In this document: in pieces, positions 1 to 8,570 of the stretch | How positions within the stretch are numbered: the stretch's first letter is position 1 | Layout: each line of letters begins with the position of its first letter | Assembly: GCA_041615815.1 (NCBI GenBank) | Contig: JBFJCP010000050.1 | Location: 1-18,641, forward strand | Reading direction: 5' to 3' | DNA: 18,641 nt | From: Gemmatimonadales bacterium | Lineage (GTDB): Bacteria > Gemmatimonadota > Gemmatimonadetes > Gemmatimonadales > GWC2-71-9 | Position numbers and translations under genes: made by a program | The notes under the pieces: generated by a model | Database searches by the model: none | What the model saw: only the letters and a program-made list of their open reading frames with translations | Told to the model about the DNA's origin: nothing

Positions 1-487
1 CCAGGGCAGCTTGCCCACCGGTGGTATTGGTCTCACCGCGGGTCATCAAGAGCTTCATCACGATGGCCGTGGACGAAAGTGCCACGAGACAACCGGTGTA
101 GAGACCCGTACGCCAGTCGATTCCGGCTCCGGCCAGCAGTCCCATCACCAACAGCACGACGAGTGTGACCTGCAGACCGCCGCCCACGAAGATCAAGCGT
201 TTGATGCGCGCCAGCTTTTCGAGGCTGAACTCGAGTCCGATGGTGAACAGCAGCAGAACCACGCCCAACTCGGCTGCCGCCTCGATCAGGCCCTCGTCCC
301 GCACGAGCCCGAGCGCATGCGGGCCAATCAGGGCACCGGTGAGCAGGAAGCTCACGATGGGCATCACCCGGATCTTGTGGCACACGTAGGCCACGAGCGC
401 CGTCGCCACGAGCAGCCCAACGATCTCGGGCAGAAAGGCGGGAACGGATTCGGCGGCGAGTGCCGCAACCAAACGAGTGCCGGACAT
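1..487 (-). CDS. Cation:proton antiporter, CPA2 family (Kef-type K+/H+ antiporter membrane domain); 5' part only, runs off the left edge
   Basis: Not in the ORF track; translated by hand from ATG at 487: MSGTRLVAALAAESVPAFLPEIVGLLVATALVAYVCHKIRVMPIVSFLLTGALIGPHALGLV...AAELGVVLLLFTIGLEFSLEKL...GGGLQV...VALSSTAIVMKLL. The motifs 'G.LIGP..LG', 'AELGVVLLLFTIGLEFS' and 'ALSSTAIV.KLL' are characteristic of KefB/KefC/YbaL-like CPA2 proteins. Confidence 0.93.
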   Translation of the reverse strand, partial: MSGTRLVAALAAESVPAFLPEIVGLLVATALVAYVCHKIRVMPIVSFLLTGALIGPHALGLVRDEGLIEAAAELGVVLLLFTIGLEFSLEKLARIKRLIFVGGGLQVTLVVLLVMGLLAGAGIDWRTGLYTGCLVALSSTAIVMKLLMTRGETNTTGGQAAL

Positions 488-559
488 AGGTCATCCAAGA
501 TGCGACGAGCGGATCGACAGGGCTACTGTAATGGCGGACGCGTGCGGGAGGTTCCGAGG

Positions 560-589
560 TTGTCGAGGCCCGCCCGCTCGGGTTACGAT
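560..589 (+). promoter_or_regulatory. Putative sigma70-type promoter for the alpha/beta hydrolase
   Basis: TTGTCG (560-565), 18-nt spacer, TACGAT (584-589); ends 29 nt upstream of ATG 619. Confidence 0.35.
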
Positions 590-618
590 CCAAGTCACTC
601 TCGAGTCCGGAACGATCG

Positions 619-2046
619 ATGTCCCTGAGACTTCTCCGGTGTCTCGCGCTCCTCGGAATCCTCGCGTATCCCAACGCGGGAGCCGCTCAGAGCCTCGCTC
701 CCTGCCCCGAGCCGTTTGGCGACCCATGGCAGTGCGGCTCGCTCACCGTACCCGAGAACCGCCAGACAGGTGAAGGACAGACCATCGTCGTGGAAATCAA
801 GATCCGCCGCGCTACCGGCCCTACCAGCCGCCCGCCCATTTTCCTCTTTTCCGGTGGACCCGGTGCGCCTACCGCATCCGCGGCCAACTCCAACATGATG
901 TCCGCGCAGGCCGCGACGCACGACCTGGTACTGATCGATCAGCGCGGTACCGGAGCATCCAACGGATTCCGATGCGAGTTGGGGCTTCGCGAACACCCAG
1001 AGCGGGCATTCGGTCAACTGTATCCCCTTGCAGAACTCAGACAGTGCTGGGACACCCTACGCGAGCGCAGCGACCCCGATCAATACACGACGGCTGATTT
1101 TGCCGCGGACGTAGACGCGGTGCGAGAGTGGCTCGGCTACCAGCAGGTCATCGTCCAAGGTGGATCGTATGGCACCCGCGCGGCCATGACGTACATGTCA
1201 CTCTACCCGGAGGACATCGCTGGGGCCGTCCTCAACGCGGTCCTGCCGCCGGACGAAGACGTACCGCTCTCCTACGCACGAAGCAGCCAAGACGCGCTGG
1301 ACCTGGTCTTCGCGGATTGTCGAGCCCAAACCGCCTGTGGCACGGCATATCCAGATTTAGAGACGAAGTTCGAGCGCATGATGGACCGCCTGCGGACGAG
1401 TCCCAGCACCGTACGCATCACGGGAAGAGATGGCACACCCGCGACCGTTCAGATGCACGCCAACGATTTGGGTTACGCCGTTCGAATTCTCCTCTACAAT
1501 AGGGCCCGCATCCCCGAATTACCCCGGATGCTGTATCACGCGGCAACCACGGGCGACCTGCGCGAGCTGGCCCAAGCGCATTACGACCGAGCCGTCGCCA
1601 TACTCTCGTTCGCGTCGCTCGGTCTCCACTTCTCGGTGTTCTGTGCGGAAGACGTGCCGTGGGTGAGCGAGGAGTCGGTGCCGGAGGCCGTGGCGGGCAC
1701 GTACTTCGGTCGGTACTTCATCGAACAGTATCGGCAGGGGTGTTTGGGTTGGGCGGTGGAGCGGCGTGATCGGCGGAGTCATCAGGCGTTCACCACCGAG
1801 GTGCCCGTGCTTCTGCTCTCGGGCCGATACGATCCTGTTACCCCACCGGCCTTTGCCGAACGCGTCAGGCAGCGCTTTCACAACAGCCGCCATATCGTGA
1901 AGGGCGATGGCGGACACGGCGCCAGTGGGGCGTGCGTGTCCGAGATCGTGGCGGATTTCTACCACCATCTCGATCCCACACAACTCGAAGACCGCTGTGC
2001 GACGATCCGGTGGGCCCTGTTCGACGTGCCTGAAACCTCGCGCTGA
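619..2046 (+). CDS. Exported alpha/beta-fold hydrolase, TAP-like (peptidase S33 / tripeptidyl aminopeptidase-like)
   Basis: 475 aa with an N-terminal signal peptide. Motifs: 'CGSLTVPENR', 'SGGPG', 'IDQRGTG', nucleophile elbow 'GGSYG', catalytic Asp region 'LLLSGRYDPVTP' and His region 'GGHG'. Confidence 0.92.
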   Translation: MSLRLLRCLALLGILAYPNAGAAQSLAPCPEPFGDPWQCGSLTVPENRQTGEGQTIVVEIKIRRATGPTSRPPIFLFSGGPGAPTASAANSNMMSAQAATHDLVLIDQRGTGASNGFRCELGLREHPERAFGQLYPLAELRQCWDTLRERSDPDQYTTADFAADVDAVREWLGYQQVIVQGGSYGTRAAMTYMSLYPEDIAGAVLNAVLPPDEDVPLSYARSSQDALDLVFADCRAQTACGTAYPDLETKFERMMDRLRTSPSTVRITGRDGTPATVQMHANDLGYAVRILLYNRARIPELPRMLYHAATTGDLRELAQAHYDRAVAILSFASLGLHFSVFCAEDVPWVSEESVPEAVAGTYFGRYFIEQYRQGCLGWAVERRDRRSHQAFTTEVPVLLLSGRYDPVTPPAFAERVRQRFHNSRHIVKGDGGHGASGACVSEIVADFYHHLDPTQLEDRCATIRWALFDVPETSR

Positions 2047-2058
2047 CGCGGCCTCTCC

Positions 2059-2760
2059 CTATCGCAAACCAAGTATTCCGTGCAGGTGACTGAGGTCGGG
2101 GATGGTGGGGGCGTCCACAGCTCGCCCCGAGGCCCCCTCTCGCTGCACCAACACGACCTGAAGACCGACAGCCCGTCCGCCCTCGACATCGTTGACGGGA
2201 TCGTCTCCCACATGAACGATCAGTTCCGGTGGAAAGCCAAGTCGCTGGCATGCCTCTACGAAAATCGCCGGATCCGGCTTGGCCGCGCCCACCTCCGCCG
2301 AGGCAAGGATGTGTTGAAACGCCCCCGCGAGCCCCAGTTCCGTACAGAAATGTTCCAGGCCACACTGCCAATTGGAGACGAGGGCCAGCGGTAAGCCGGT
2401 CTCCGCGAGAGCACCAAGGACTCGGTGAACCTCCGGGAAGACGGCCAGGCTTTGGGGCCCCAGAATCTCCCAGAGCCGAGGGGCGTGCCGTTTTGCGACG
2501 TACGGCGGCGCTCGCACGTTCAGCCGCTCGAAAAGGTGAACGGCAATGCGCTCATAGTACCTTTGCTTCTCGCCTGGGGACTGCGACGGCGCATAGTCGA
2601 TTCCATGGGCGGCGAAGACATCGTATAGCACTTGATGTTCCCATGGATCGGACTCCAAACCGTGCTCCCGAAGGTACTCCGTCAACATTGCTCCGCGGCC
2701 GCGTCCATCTCGGTGGAAGACGAGTGTATTGTAGAAATCGAGGGTGAGGGCGCGTGCCAC
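2059..2760 (-). CDS. HAD-superfamily hydrolase (subfamily IA, REG-2/HDHD3-like)
   Basis: Motif I 'LDFYNTL', motif II 'LVSNW', motif III 'KPDPAIF', motif IV 'HVGDDPVNDVEGG'. The start is probably GTG 2760 (GAGG 6 nt upstream) or GTG 2772 (GTGA overlap with the upstream stop). The track's extension to 3183 overlaps the transporter gene. Confidence 0.88.
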   Translation of the reverse strand: MARALTLDFYNTLVFHRDGRGRGAMLTEYLREHGLESDPWEHQVLYDVFAAHGIDYAPSQSPGEKQRYYERIAVHLFERLNVRAPPYVAKRHAPRLWEILGPQSLAVFPEVHRVLGALAETGLPLALVSNWQCGLEHFCTELGLAGAFQHILASAEVGAAKPDPAIFVEACQRLGFPPELIVHVGDDPVNDVEGGRAVGLQVVLVQREGASGRAVDAPTIPDLSHLHGILGLR

Positions 2761-2768
2761 CGTGGACC

Positions 2769-4190
2769 TCACGCGTTCTCGTTGTCCGCCCACACTCGGT
2801 GCACTGGCATCCCACGCCCAAACCCGGAGAGCACGGCAAAGAGCACCATGCCCAGCAAGGCCCACGAGTGGAAGTTGTGAAGACCAGTGGCGAGCACGGA
2901 GACCGGTGGCATCCCGAAACCGGCACCGGCCGTCGTGGTACTCGCGGCGAGGATAGTCGGGATGAAGAACGGGAATAGAAACGGATACGTGCACACCGTC
3001 ATGTCCAGCAGGTTGGCGCGACGATTGGCCGAAAGTCCGTACGCCTCTCCTGCGTCCCGTGTGAGCTTGGCGGTCGTCAGAATCGCGACCACCGAGTGCG
3101 TGGTGAGCCATACCGCCGCTGAGACCGTCGCCACGATCCAGAGTTCCGCCTGACGCGCGGTCGACGCCCGGGCACGGGCCCATTCGACCACCCGGTCGAT
3201 CACCCCCGAGCCTTCGAGCCCACCCACGAGACCCATCAGCAGGATCGTGAAGATCGAGATGCCAACCCCCCGCTCCATACCTTCGATGATGAGCCCGCGA
3301 GCGGTGAATGCGTCGGCATCGATCTGCAGGATGGCCCGCACCGGAAAGAGACGAAACGAGAGCCCGATCGCCACCGCCGCCACGATCCCGTAGATCAGCC
3401 CCTCGAACAGATGGCGGCGTGCCAGCAGCACCGCAATGGCGACCCCGGGAGCCAGCACCATGAGCAGCCCCCGCGGTCCTGCAGTTGTACTCGATGCAGG
3501 AGCCGTGGGACCGAGACTGGACGCGGCCGCACCGAATGCGATGTAGACCAGCAACGCCACCGCCGCCGCGGGGAGGGCGTACTTCAACCGACTGCGCACC
3601 ACGTCACCCATCTCGGCACCTTGGGACGTCGCCGAGGCAATGGTGGTATCCGAAACCGGCGAGATGTTGTCGCCGAATGTCGCCCCACCCAAGATGGCGC
3701 CGATCAGCATCGGCGGTGACGCCCCCAAAGCCCCGCCGGCGGGATAAAGCAACGGGGCACAGAGAATGATCGTTCCAAAACTCGTACCGGTCGCCGTGGA
3801 GACCGCACAACTGATCAAGAAGGTCGCTGCCACAAACCATCGACCCGAGACGCCGGTCTCCGACGCGAGCCATACGAGTGCATCGATGAAACCACTGGCG
3901 TTGATCAACGCTCCCAACACCCCCGCCAACAGCCACGCCATCACCATGAGCAGGACGATCCGCCGGCTCATTCCATCCACCGCGCGCTCGGCGTACGCGA
4001 TCTGATCCCGTGACAGAAACAGGCCGAGGGCGAGTGCGGCGAGCAGAATGGGCCAGAATCCCTTCTCACTCGGTGCGCCCGAGAACGCAAGCCACGCCAC
4101 ACCACTGAGAAAGAGCGCAAAGGGGGCCAGGGCCCCCGCGTATCCCCCGCGGAAGCGAAGCGGACCGGGCGCCGCCATGCTGTCACTCAC
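2769..4190 (-). CDS. NhaC-family (ion-transporter superfamily) secondary transporter; substrate unknown
   Basis: 473 aa polytopic membrane protein with 'STATGTSFGT' and 'GGATFGDNISPVSDTTIASA', signatures of NhaC-family proteins. GTG 4190 overlaps the upstream stop (GTGA); ATG 4178 is an alternative start. Confidence 0.88.
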   Translation of the reverse strand: MSDSMAAPGPLRFRGGYAGALAPFALFLSGVAWLAFSGAPSEKGFWPILLAALALGLFLSRDQIAYAERAVDGMSRRIVLLMVMAWLLAGVLGALINASGFIDALVWLASETGVSGRWFVAATFLISCAVSTATGTSFGTIILCAPLLYPAGGALGASPPMLIGAILGGATFGDNISPVSDTTIASATSQGAEMGDVVRSRLKYALPAAAVALLVYIAFGAAASSLGPTAPASSTTAGPRGLLMVLAPGVAIAVLLARRHLFEGLIYGIVAAVAIGLSFRLFPVRAILQIDADAFTARGLIIEGMERGVGISIFTILLMGLVGGLEGSGVIDRVVEWARARASTARQAELWIVATVSAAVWLTTHSVVAILTTAKLTRDAGEAYGLSANRRANLLDMTVCTYPFLFPFFIPTILAASTTTAGAGFGMPPVSVLATGLHNFHSWALLGMVLFAVLSGFGRGMPVHRVWADNENA

Positions 4191-4534
4191 GAGCGGTCTG
4201 GGGAAAGGGGTACGACCGTGACGTCACCATGGCGAAACGTGCGCGTGCCTATCCGTGTGATTCGAAAAATCGCGCCGCAATTGGGATCGGGGCAGGCGAT
4301 GTCGGTGTCGGTCGTCATCCAGTCGTGTGGGTGGGTCTCCCGCTGCTTGGCCGGAAGCAGTGGAAGCAACGCCGCCAACGGATAGATGGCGAACGACTGG
4401 CCGGGAGGCAGGGTGAGATTCTCTCCGCACAACTCGAAGTAGTCGCCAATCTCGTGGTTGCAAACCATCGTTCCGCGACACTCGGCAACTTCTACCCTGA
4501 GATCGTAGAGGGTGAACTCATCGTTGACACTCAC
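4187..4534 (-). CDS. TIGR04076-family small Cys-containing protein (uncharacterised)
   Basis: 115 aa from GTG 4534, with a strong RBS (AAAGGAG) 8 nt upstream. The sequence 'LYDLRVEV..C...VC.H..GDYFEL.GE.L.LPPGQSF.IY.LAALLPLLPAKQR.T...DWMTTD.DIACPDPNC...FRITR' matches my recollection of TIGR04076 proteins. Confidence 0.82.
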   Translation of the reverse strand: MSVNDEFTLYDLRVEVAECRGTMVCNHEIGDYFELCGENLTLPPGQSFAIYPLAALLPLLPAKQRETHPHDWMTTDTDIACPDPNCGAIFRITRIGTRTFRHGDVTVVPLSPDRS

Positions 4535-4641
4535 GGCGCCGGCTCCTTTCGCCGCCCGGGGCGGTTCAATATGTTCGCGACCATGGATGTCACCGAAGAG
4601 CGATCCCAAGCCACGCTTCGCGTGCCCCACGGCCGTCCAGC

Positions 4642-5742
4642 ATGACAGAAGTGACACGTCCGGGGCGACGTTCTCAAGGCAGCCGCGTGGGAGACGAGTT
4701 CCAGACGCCCCGGGTAATCGTGGGCACCTGGCAGCTCTCCGAAGGGCACCACCGGGAGTCTAAAGGCACGGAAGCCGTGCTCGATGCGTGGCGAGCCATG
4801 GCCGAGGCTGGACTAACCGTATTCGATTGCGGCGATATCTATACCGGAGTCGAAGCGCTCCTCGGCCGTTTCTTGCGTCGTGAGCATGAGCGAGGTAGTG
4901 CAGCAGCATCCCGACTTCGCATCCACACCAAGTTCGTCCCCGACCGCGATTCCCTTCGCCACCTCACCAAGCGGGACGTCGAGACGATCATCGATCGCTC
5001 ACTCCGCAGGCTCGGGATCGAGCGGCTTTACTTGGTGCAGCTAGCCTGGTGGGACTACGCCATACCGAAATACGTCGAGACGGCGCAATGGCTGGGCGAA
5101 CTGCAGCGCGCAGGAAAGATCGCGCACATCGGCGCCACCAACTTCAATGTCGAGAAGCTCGCAGAAATCCTGGGTGCCGGCGTGTCCTTGGTCTCCCATC
5201 AGGTGCAATACTCTCTGCTGGACCACCGCCCGGAGCGCGGAATGACGGACCTCTGCCAAGACCACTGTATCCAACTCCTCTGCTATGGCACGTTGGCCGG
5301 TGGATTTCTTTCGGATCGGTGGGTGGATGCACCCGAGCCGGCCGCGAATCTGCCCAACCGGTCGCTCACGAAATACAAGCTGATCATCGACGAATACGGT
5401 GGCTGGACCGCGTACCAGGCATTGTTGACCATGCTCCGCCCCATCGCGCAAAAGCACGGCGTTGGCATTGGGACGGTGGCCGCGCGATACGTACTCGAGC
5501 GGCCGCAAGTGGGCGCGGTCATCCTCGGCGCACGGAACGACCGACATCTCGAGGACACCATGAGGATACTGCGGCTGGAGCTGGACGAAGAGGATACCAG
5601 TACGCTTCGCCGAATCGCGGCCCATCGAGCACCGCAGGGTGATGTCTATGACCTCGAGCGGCAGCCAGAGGGAGCCCATGCCGCCATCATGCGCTACAAC
5701 CTGAACCGGGCCGCACCCGACAATCGGGATTCTGCGCCATGA
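4642..5742 (+). CDS. Aldo/keto reductase (AKR19A-like subfamily) with an atypical catalytic tetrad
   Basis: Motifs 'GTWQL', 'FDCGDIYTGVE' (Asp/Tyr), 'IHTKFVPD' (Lys), 'SLRRLG', 'GKIAHIGATNF', 'QVQYSLLD', 'YGTLAGGFL' and 'VILGAR'. The exact start is uncertain (ATG 4642 or GTG 4687). Confidence 0.93.
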   Translation: MTEVTRPGRRSQGSRVGDEFQTPRVIVGTWQLSEGHHRESKGTEAVLDAWRAMAEAGLTVFDCGDIYTGVEALLGRFLRREHERGSAAASRLRIHTKFVPDRDSLRHLTKRDVETIIDRSLRRLGIERLYLVQLAWWDYAIPKYVETAQWLGELQRAGKIAHIGATNFNVEKLAEILGAGVSLVSHQVQYSLLDHRPERGMTDLCQDHCIQLLCYGTLAGGFLSDRWVDAPEPAANLPNRSLTKYKLIIDEYGGWTAYQALLTMLRPIAQKHGVGIGTVAARYVLERPQVGAVILGARNDRHLEDTMRILRLELDEEDTSTLRRIAAHRAPQGDVYDLERQPEGAHAAIMRYNLNRAAPDNRDSAP

Positions 5743-7034
5743 CCAAAGGCCCGCAACGCATGCACCACGTGATGCTGTTCGCGATCATCCTGAGCCTTTG
5801 CCCGCTAGGAGCCTTGCTGGCGCAGAATCCTGTCGTCATTACGGGTGGCTCCGTGGTGAACCTGGATGGCGGACCACCCCTCCGAAACGCCGTCGTGATC
5901 ATCGAGCGCAATCGAATTACGCGTGTGGGACCCGCTGTGGCGACGCCCATTCCCAATGGCGCGACGGTGATTCGCGCGGATGACCGCTGGCTGCTGCCCG
6001 GACTGATGAACATGCACGTCCATTTCGGCCTCGTCCTCCCCGGCGCCGCGGGTGCCGAGCTCGCGGACGAAACCGAAGCGGCCCTCGCACTCCGCATGGC
6101 CGCTGCCGCGCGCGCGTCGCTCCAGGCGGGCGTGACAACCGTGCGCCTGCCGGGCGAGCGGGGACATGTGGACCTCGCGCTCAAGCGCGCCATCGAACGC
6201 GGGGAAACCCAGGGACCGCGGATCTTTTCAGCGGGTGAAATGGTGCAGGTCACGGGAGGGCATGGCTCGCGAGCAGGCGAGACCGCCAACGACGGGGTTG
6301 CCGAATTCCGCAAGGCCGTCCGGACACAGATTCGTGCCGGTGCGAGCTGGATCAAGCTGGCCATTTCGGGCGGTATTGCCACCCCCGGAGGAGACATTGC
6401 CGCCGCGTTCATGACGCTGGACGAAATGGAAGCGGTGACGGATATCGCGCACCGCCATGGAGTCAAGGTGACGGCGCACTCGGGTTCTCCTGCAGCCACC
6501 ATCGACGCCGTCGAGGCCGGGATCGATTGCATCGAGCACGGATACTTTCTCACGGCCGAGGTGTTTGCGCTCATGCGCGAGCGAAGGACCTGGTACGTCC
6601 CGACGATTGTCGTCAGCCAGCCCGCTACCATGCCGTTCTTCGAACGGATCGGCGCCCCGGCATGGTACTTGGAGCGGGTGCGGGCGGTGGGCACGCGTCA
6701 CTGGCAAGCGCTGCAGACCGCCATCCAACAGCGGGTCCAGATTGCGCTCGGCACGGACCAGCTCCCTCACGAACCCAACGATGGGACCATCGCCACGGTG
6801 CGTGAGGCGGAGTATTACGTGGAAGCCGGCATGACGCCCTTACAGGCGTTACGGTCGGCCACCATCAACCCGGCGAACATGCTAGGCGTAGCGGACGAGC
6901 TGGGAACGTTGGAGCCCGGAAAGCTCGCCGACCTCATCGTGGTCGATGAGGATCCGACGCGAGATATCTCCGCCTTGCGGAGGATCCCGCTGGTCATCAA
7001 GGGTGGTGAGGTAGTTCGAAACTCCTTGCAGTGA
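5739..7034 (+). CDS. Metal-dependent amidohydrolase (Xaa-Pro dipeptidase-like / subgroup A), probably exported
   Basis: Hydrophobic N-terminal signal ('FAIILSLCPLGALLA-Q'). Motifs: 'LLPGLMNMHVH' (HxH), 'GVTTVR', 'WIKL' (carboxylated-Lys position), 'VTAHS', 'IEHG', 'LGTD' and 'GTLEPGKLADL'. ATGA overlap with the AKR stop. Confidence 0.93.
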   Translation: MTKGPQRMHHVMLFAIILSLCPLGALLAQNPVVITGGSVVNLDGGPPLRNAVVIIERNRITRVGPAVATPIPNGATVIRADDRWLLPGLMNMHVHFGLVLPGAAGAELADETEAALALRMAAAARASLQAGVTTVRLPGERGHVDLALKRAIERGETQGPRIFSAGEMVQVTGGHGSRAGETANDGVAEFRKAVRTQIRAGASWIKLAISGGIATPGGDIAAAFMTLDEMEAVTDIAHRHGVKVTAHSGSPAATIDAVEAGIDCIEHGYFLTAEVFALMRERRTWYVPTIVVSQPATMPFFERIGAPAWYLERVRAVGTRHWQALQTAIQQRVQIALGTDQLPHEPNDGTIATVREAEYYVEAGMTPLQALRSATINPANMLGVADELGTLEPGKLADLIVVDEDPTRDISALRRIPLVIKGGEVVRNSLQ

Positions 7035-7052
7035 GCGGTGTCCCAAGCATGC

Positions 7053-7082
7053 GGGCGGGAGGTCTCACGAGTCCTCCCGCCC
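7053..7082. terminator. GC-rich hairpin between convergent genes; probable bidirectional terminator or stabilising stem
   Basis: GGGCGGGAGG (7053-7062) is the perfect reverse complement of CCTCCCGCCC (7073-7082). It lies in the 71-nt gap between stops 7034 (+) and 7106 (-). No U-tract on either side. Confidence 0.6.
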
Positions 7083-7105
7083 TGCAGAGGCGACTGTCGA
7101 GATCC

Positions 7106-8476
7106 TCAGGTGGCTCCCTTGCGGACCAGCTCAACCCGCCGGTTCCGCGCTCGTCCTTCCTCGGTTCTGTTATCGTCGATGGGCTTCGTCATGCCGTACC
7201 CCACCGTGTTCAGTCGAACGGCGGCCACCCGCTCTTGCTCCACCAGCCATTTCTTGACCGCGTCGGCGCGTTTCTGAGAAAGTGCAAGGTTCGACTCGGC
7301 CGTTCCCACGTCGTCCGTGTGGCCTTCGATGGTCAGCTCCCAGTCCGGATTGCTGCGGAGGAGCTCCGCAATCTCATGCAGCACCGCCTCCGAGCCGGAG
7401 ACGATCGCCGCCGAATTCGTGCCGAACGTGATCCCGTGCCATACGGCTCGACCGGTCGCCTTCAACTGTGCGGCTACCGTTTCGCCGCCGGCCGCGGTTT
7501 CGGCCTGGAAGACACGGATTCGGGCTGCTTCCATGTACCCCCCACCTCCGTTGCTCTGGAAAATGACCTTGACGTATTGCGCGTCCATCGGTGATGCCAG
7601 TGAGATCGTATGGAGGTCACCAACCGGTGCCATGCGCAGCTTCCCGACCGGCTGGAATCCCTTGTAGGAAGACGAGGCTGAGATCTCGACGTCGGCCTCC
7701 CTCACCCAATTGGTGGGGGCTTCCTTGGCGTAGTTGTTGATCGCGATGTCGGTGATCGGCACAACCTGCGGGAGTGCGATCACCACCTCCTGAGCGCCAG
7801 CGGACTTGCCGGCCCACTGGTCACCACCATCCGGTGCCAACAGGTTTGCCGCCGCCCACGTGGTTGAATTGTACTCGCCGGCAAAGCGCTCGATCCGACC
7901 GCCGCGCTCGGCTGCCGCCACATCCGTGTATCGCAACGCCGGGGGCGCGTCGGGCAACAAACGCCCCATCACTTTGATCTCACCCGCCTCCATGTACGTC
8001 CCGCCATAGTTGGTGTGGAAGATCACCTTGAGGTAGCGTACTCGGGTGGGTTGGGTGAACGAGAACACCTGGTCGCGCCCTTCGTTGACCAACGTGAATC
8101 TCCCCACCGACACGAAATCCCGAAACGGGTACGTGGTCGATACTTGGATTTCCACGTCCTTGGCCCACGTGGTATTGCTTTCTCTCGTATAGGGATTGAT
8201 GACGACGTCCGCGACCTCCGCGAGTCCCCGTCCCTTGAACGCAATGACGACCGCTTGTGCCCCGTTGCTTTGGCCAGCCCATCCGCCATTCGCGGATCCA
8301 TCGATCAACTGATCAGCCCGCCAATCACTGCTGTTGTACTGGCTGGTGAAGAACACCAACTCTCCTCCGGCCGAGCGGGCAGCGAGATTCTGCACCTGAG
8401 CAGGAAGCGGAACCACCGCCGCAACGGTTAGCAGGACTTGCGCCAGGCCAGGCATGGTCCGGGCGAAGACTCCCAT
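7106..8476 (-). CDS. Exported protein with two tandem discoidin/galactose-binding-like domains and a C-terminal OmpA-like peptidoglycan-binding domain
   Basis: RBS GGAGGTGA and a signal peptide. Internal duplication of about 140 aa ('YNS..W.A..L.....WAG.S.GAQ.VVIA ... Y.KVIF..N.GG.YMEA..I.V'). The C-terminus has the OmpA_C motifs 'ITFGTNSA', 'IEGHTD', 'NLALSQKRADAV', 'GYG.TKP' and 'RARNRRVE'. Confidence 0.9.
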   Translation of the reverse strand: MGVFARTMPGLAQVLLTVAAVVPLPAQVQNLAARSAGGELVFFTSQYNSSDWRADQLIDGSANGGWAGQSNGAQAVVIAFKGRGLAEVADVVINPYTRESNTTWAKDVEIQVSTTYPFRDFVSVGRFTLVNEGRDQVFSFTQPTRVRYLKVIFHTNYGGTYMEAGEIKVMGRLLPDAPPALRYTDVAAAERGGRIERFAGEYNSTTWAAANLLAPDGGDQWAGKSAGAQEVVIALPQVVPITDIAINNYAKEAPTNWVREADVEISASSSYKGFQPVGKLRMAPVGDLHTISLASPMDAQYVKVIFQSNGGGGYMEAARIRVFQAETAAGGETVAAQLKATGRAVWHGITFGTNSAAIVSGSEAVLHEIAELLRSNPDWELTIEGHTDDVGTAESNLALSQKRADAVKKWLVEQERVAAVRLNTVGYGMTKPIDDNRTEEGRARNRRVELVRKGAT

Positions 8477-8570
8477 AGCTCACCTCCGATGCGGGATCAC
8501 GTCCTGGGCTGACGCAGCCGACCACCGTCGGTGCATCCACCGGGATCGAGAGCCCGAGTGACGTTAGTCG

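Noticed and set aside
11..674. Track ORFs 11..628 (+) and 33..674 (-)
   Set aside because: These are an antisense shadow and an off-frame reading of the real CPA2 antiporter gene (minus strand, start 487).
2773..3183. N-terminal extension of the HAD ORF (374-aa version)
   Set aside because: It overlaps the NhaC-family gene in another frame and has non-protein-like composition. HAD motif I begins just after 2760.
4535..4657. N-terminal extension of the TIGR04076 ORF
   Set aside because: It would overlap the divergent AKR start, and a strong AAAGGAG RBS supports GTG 4534.
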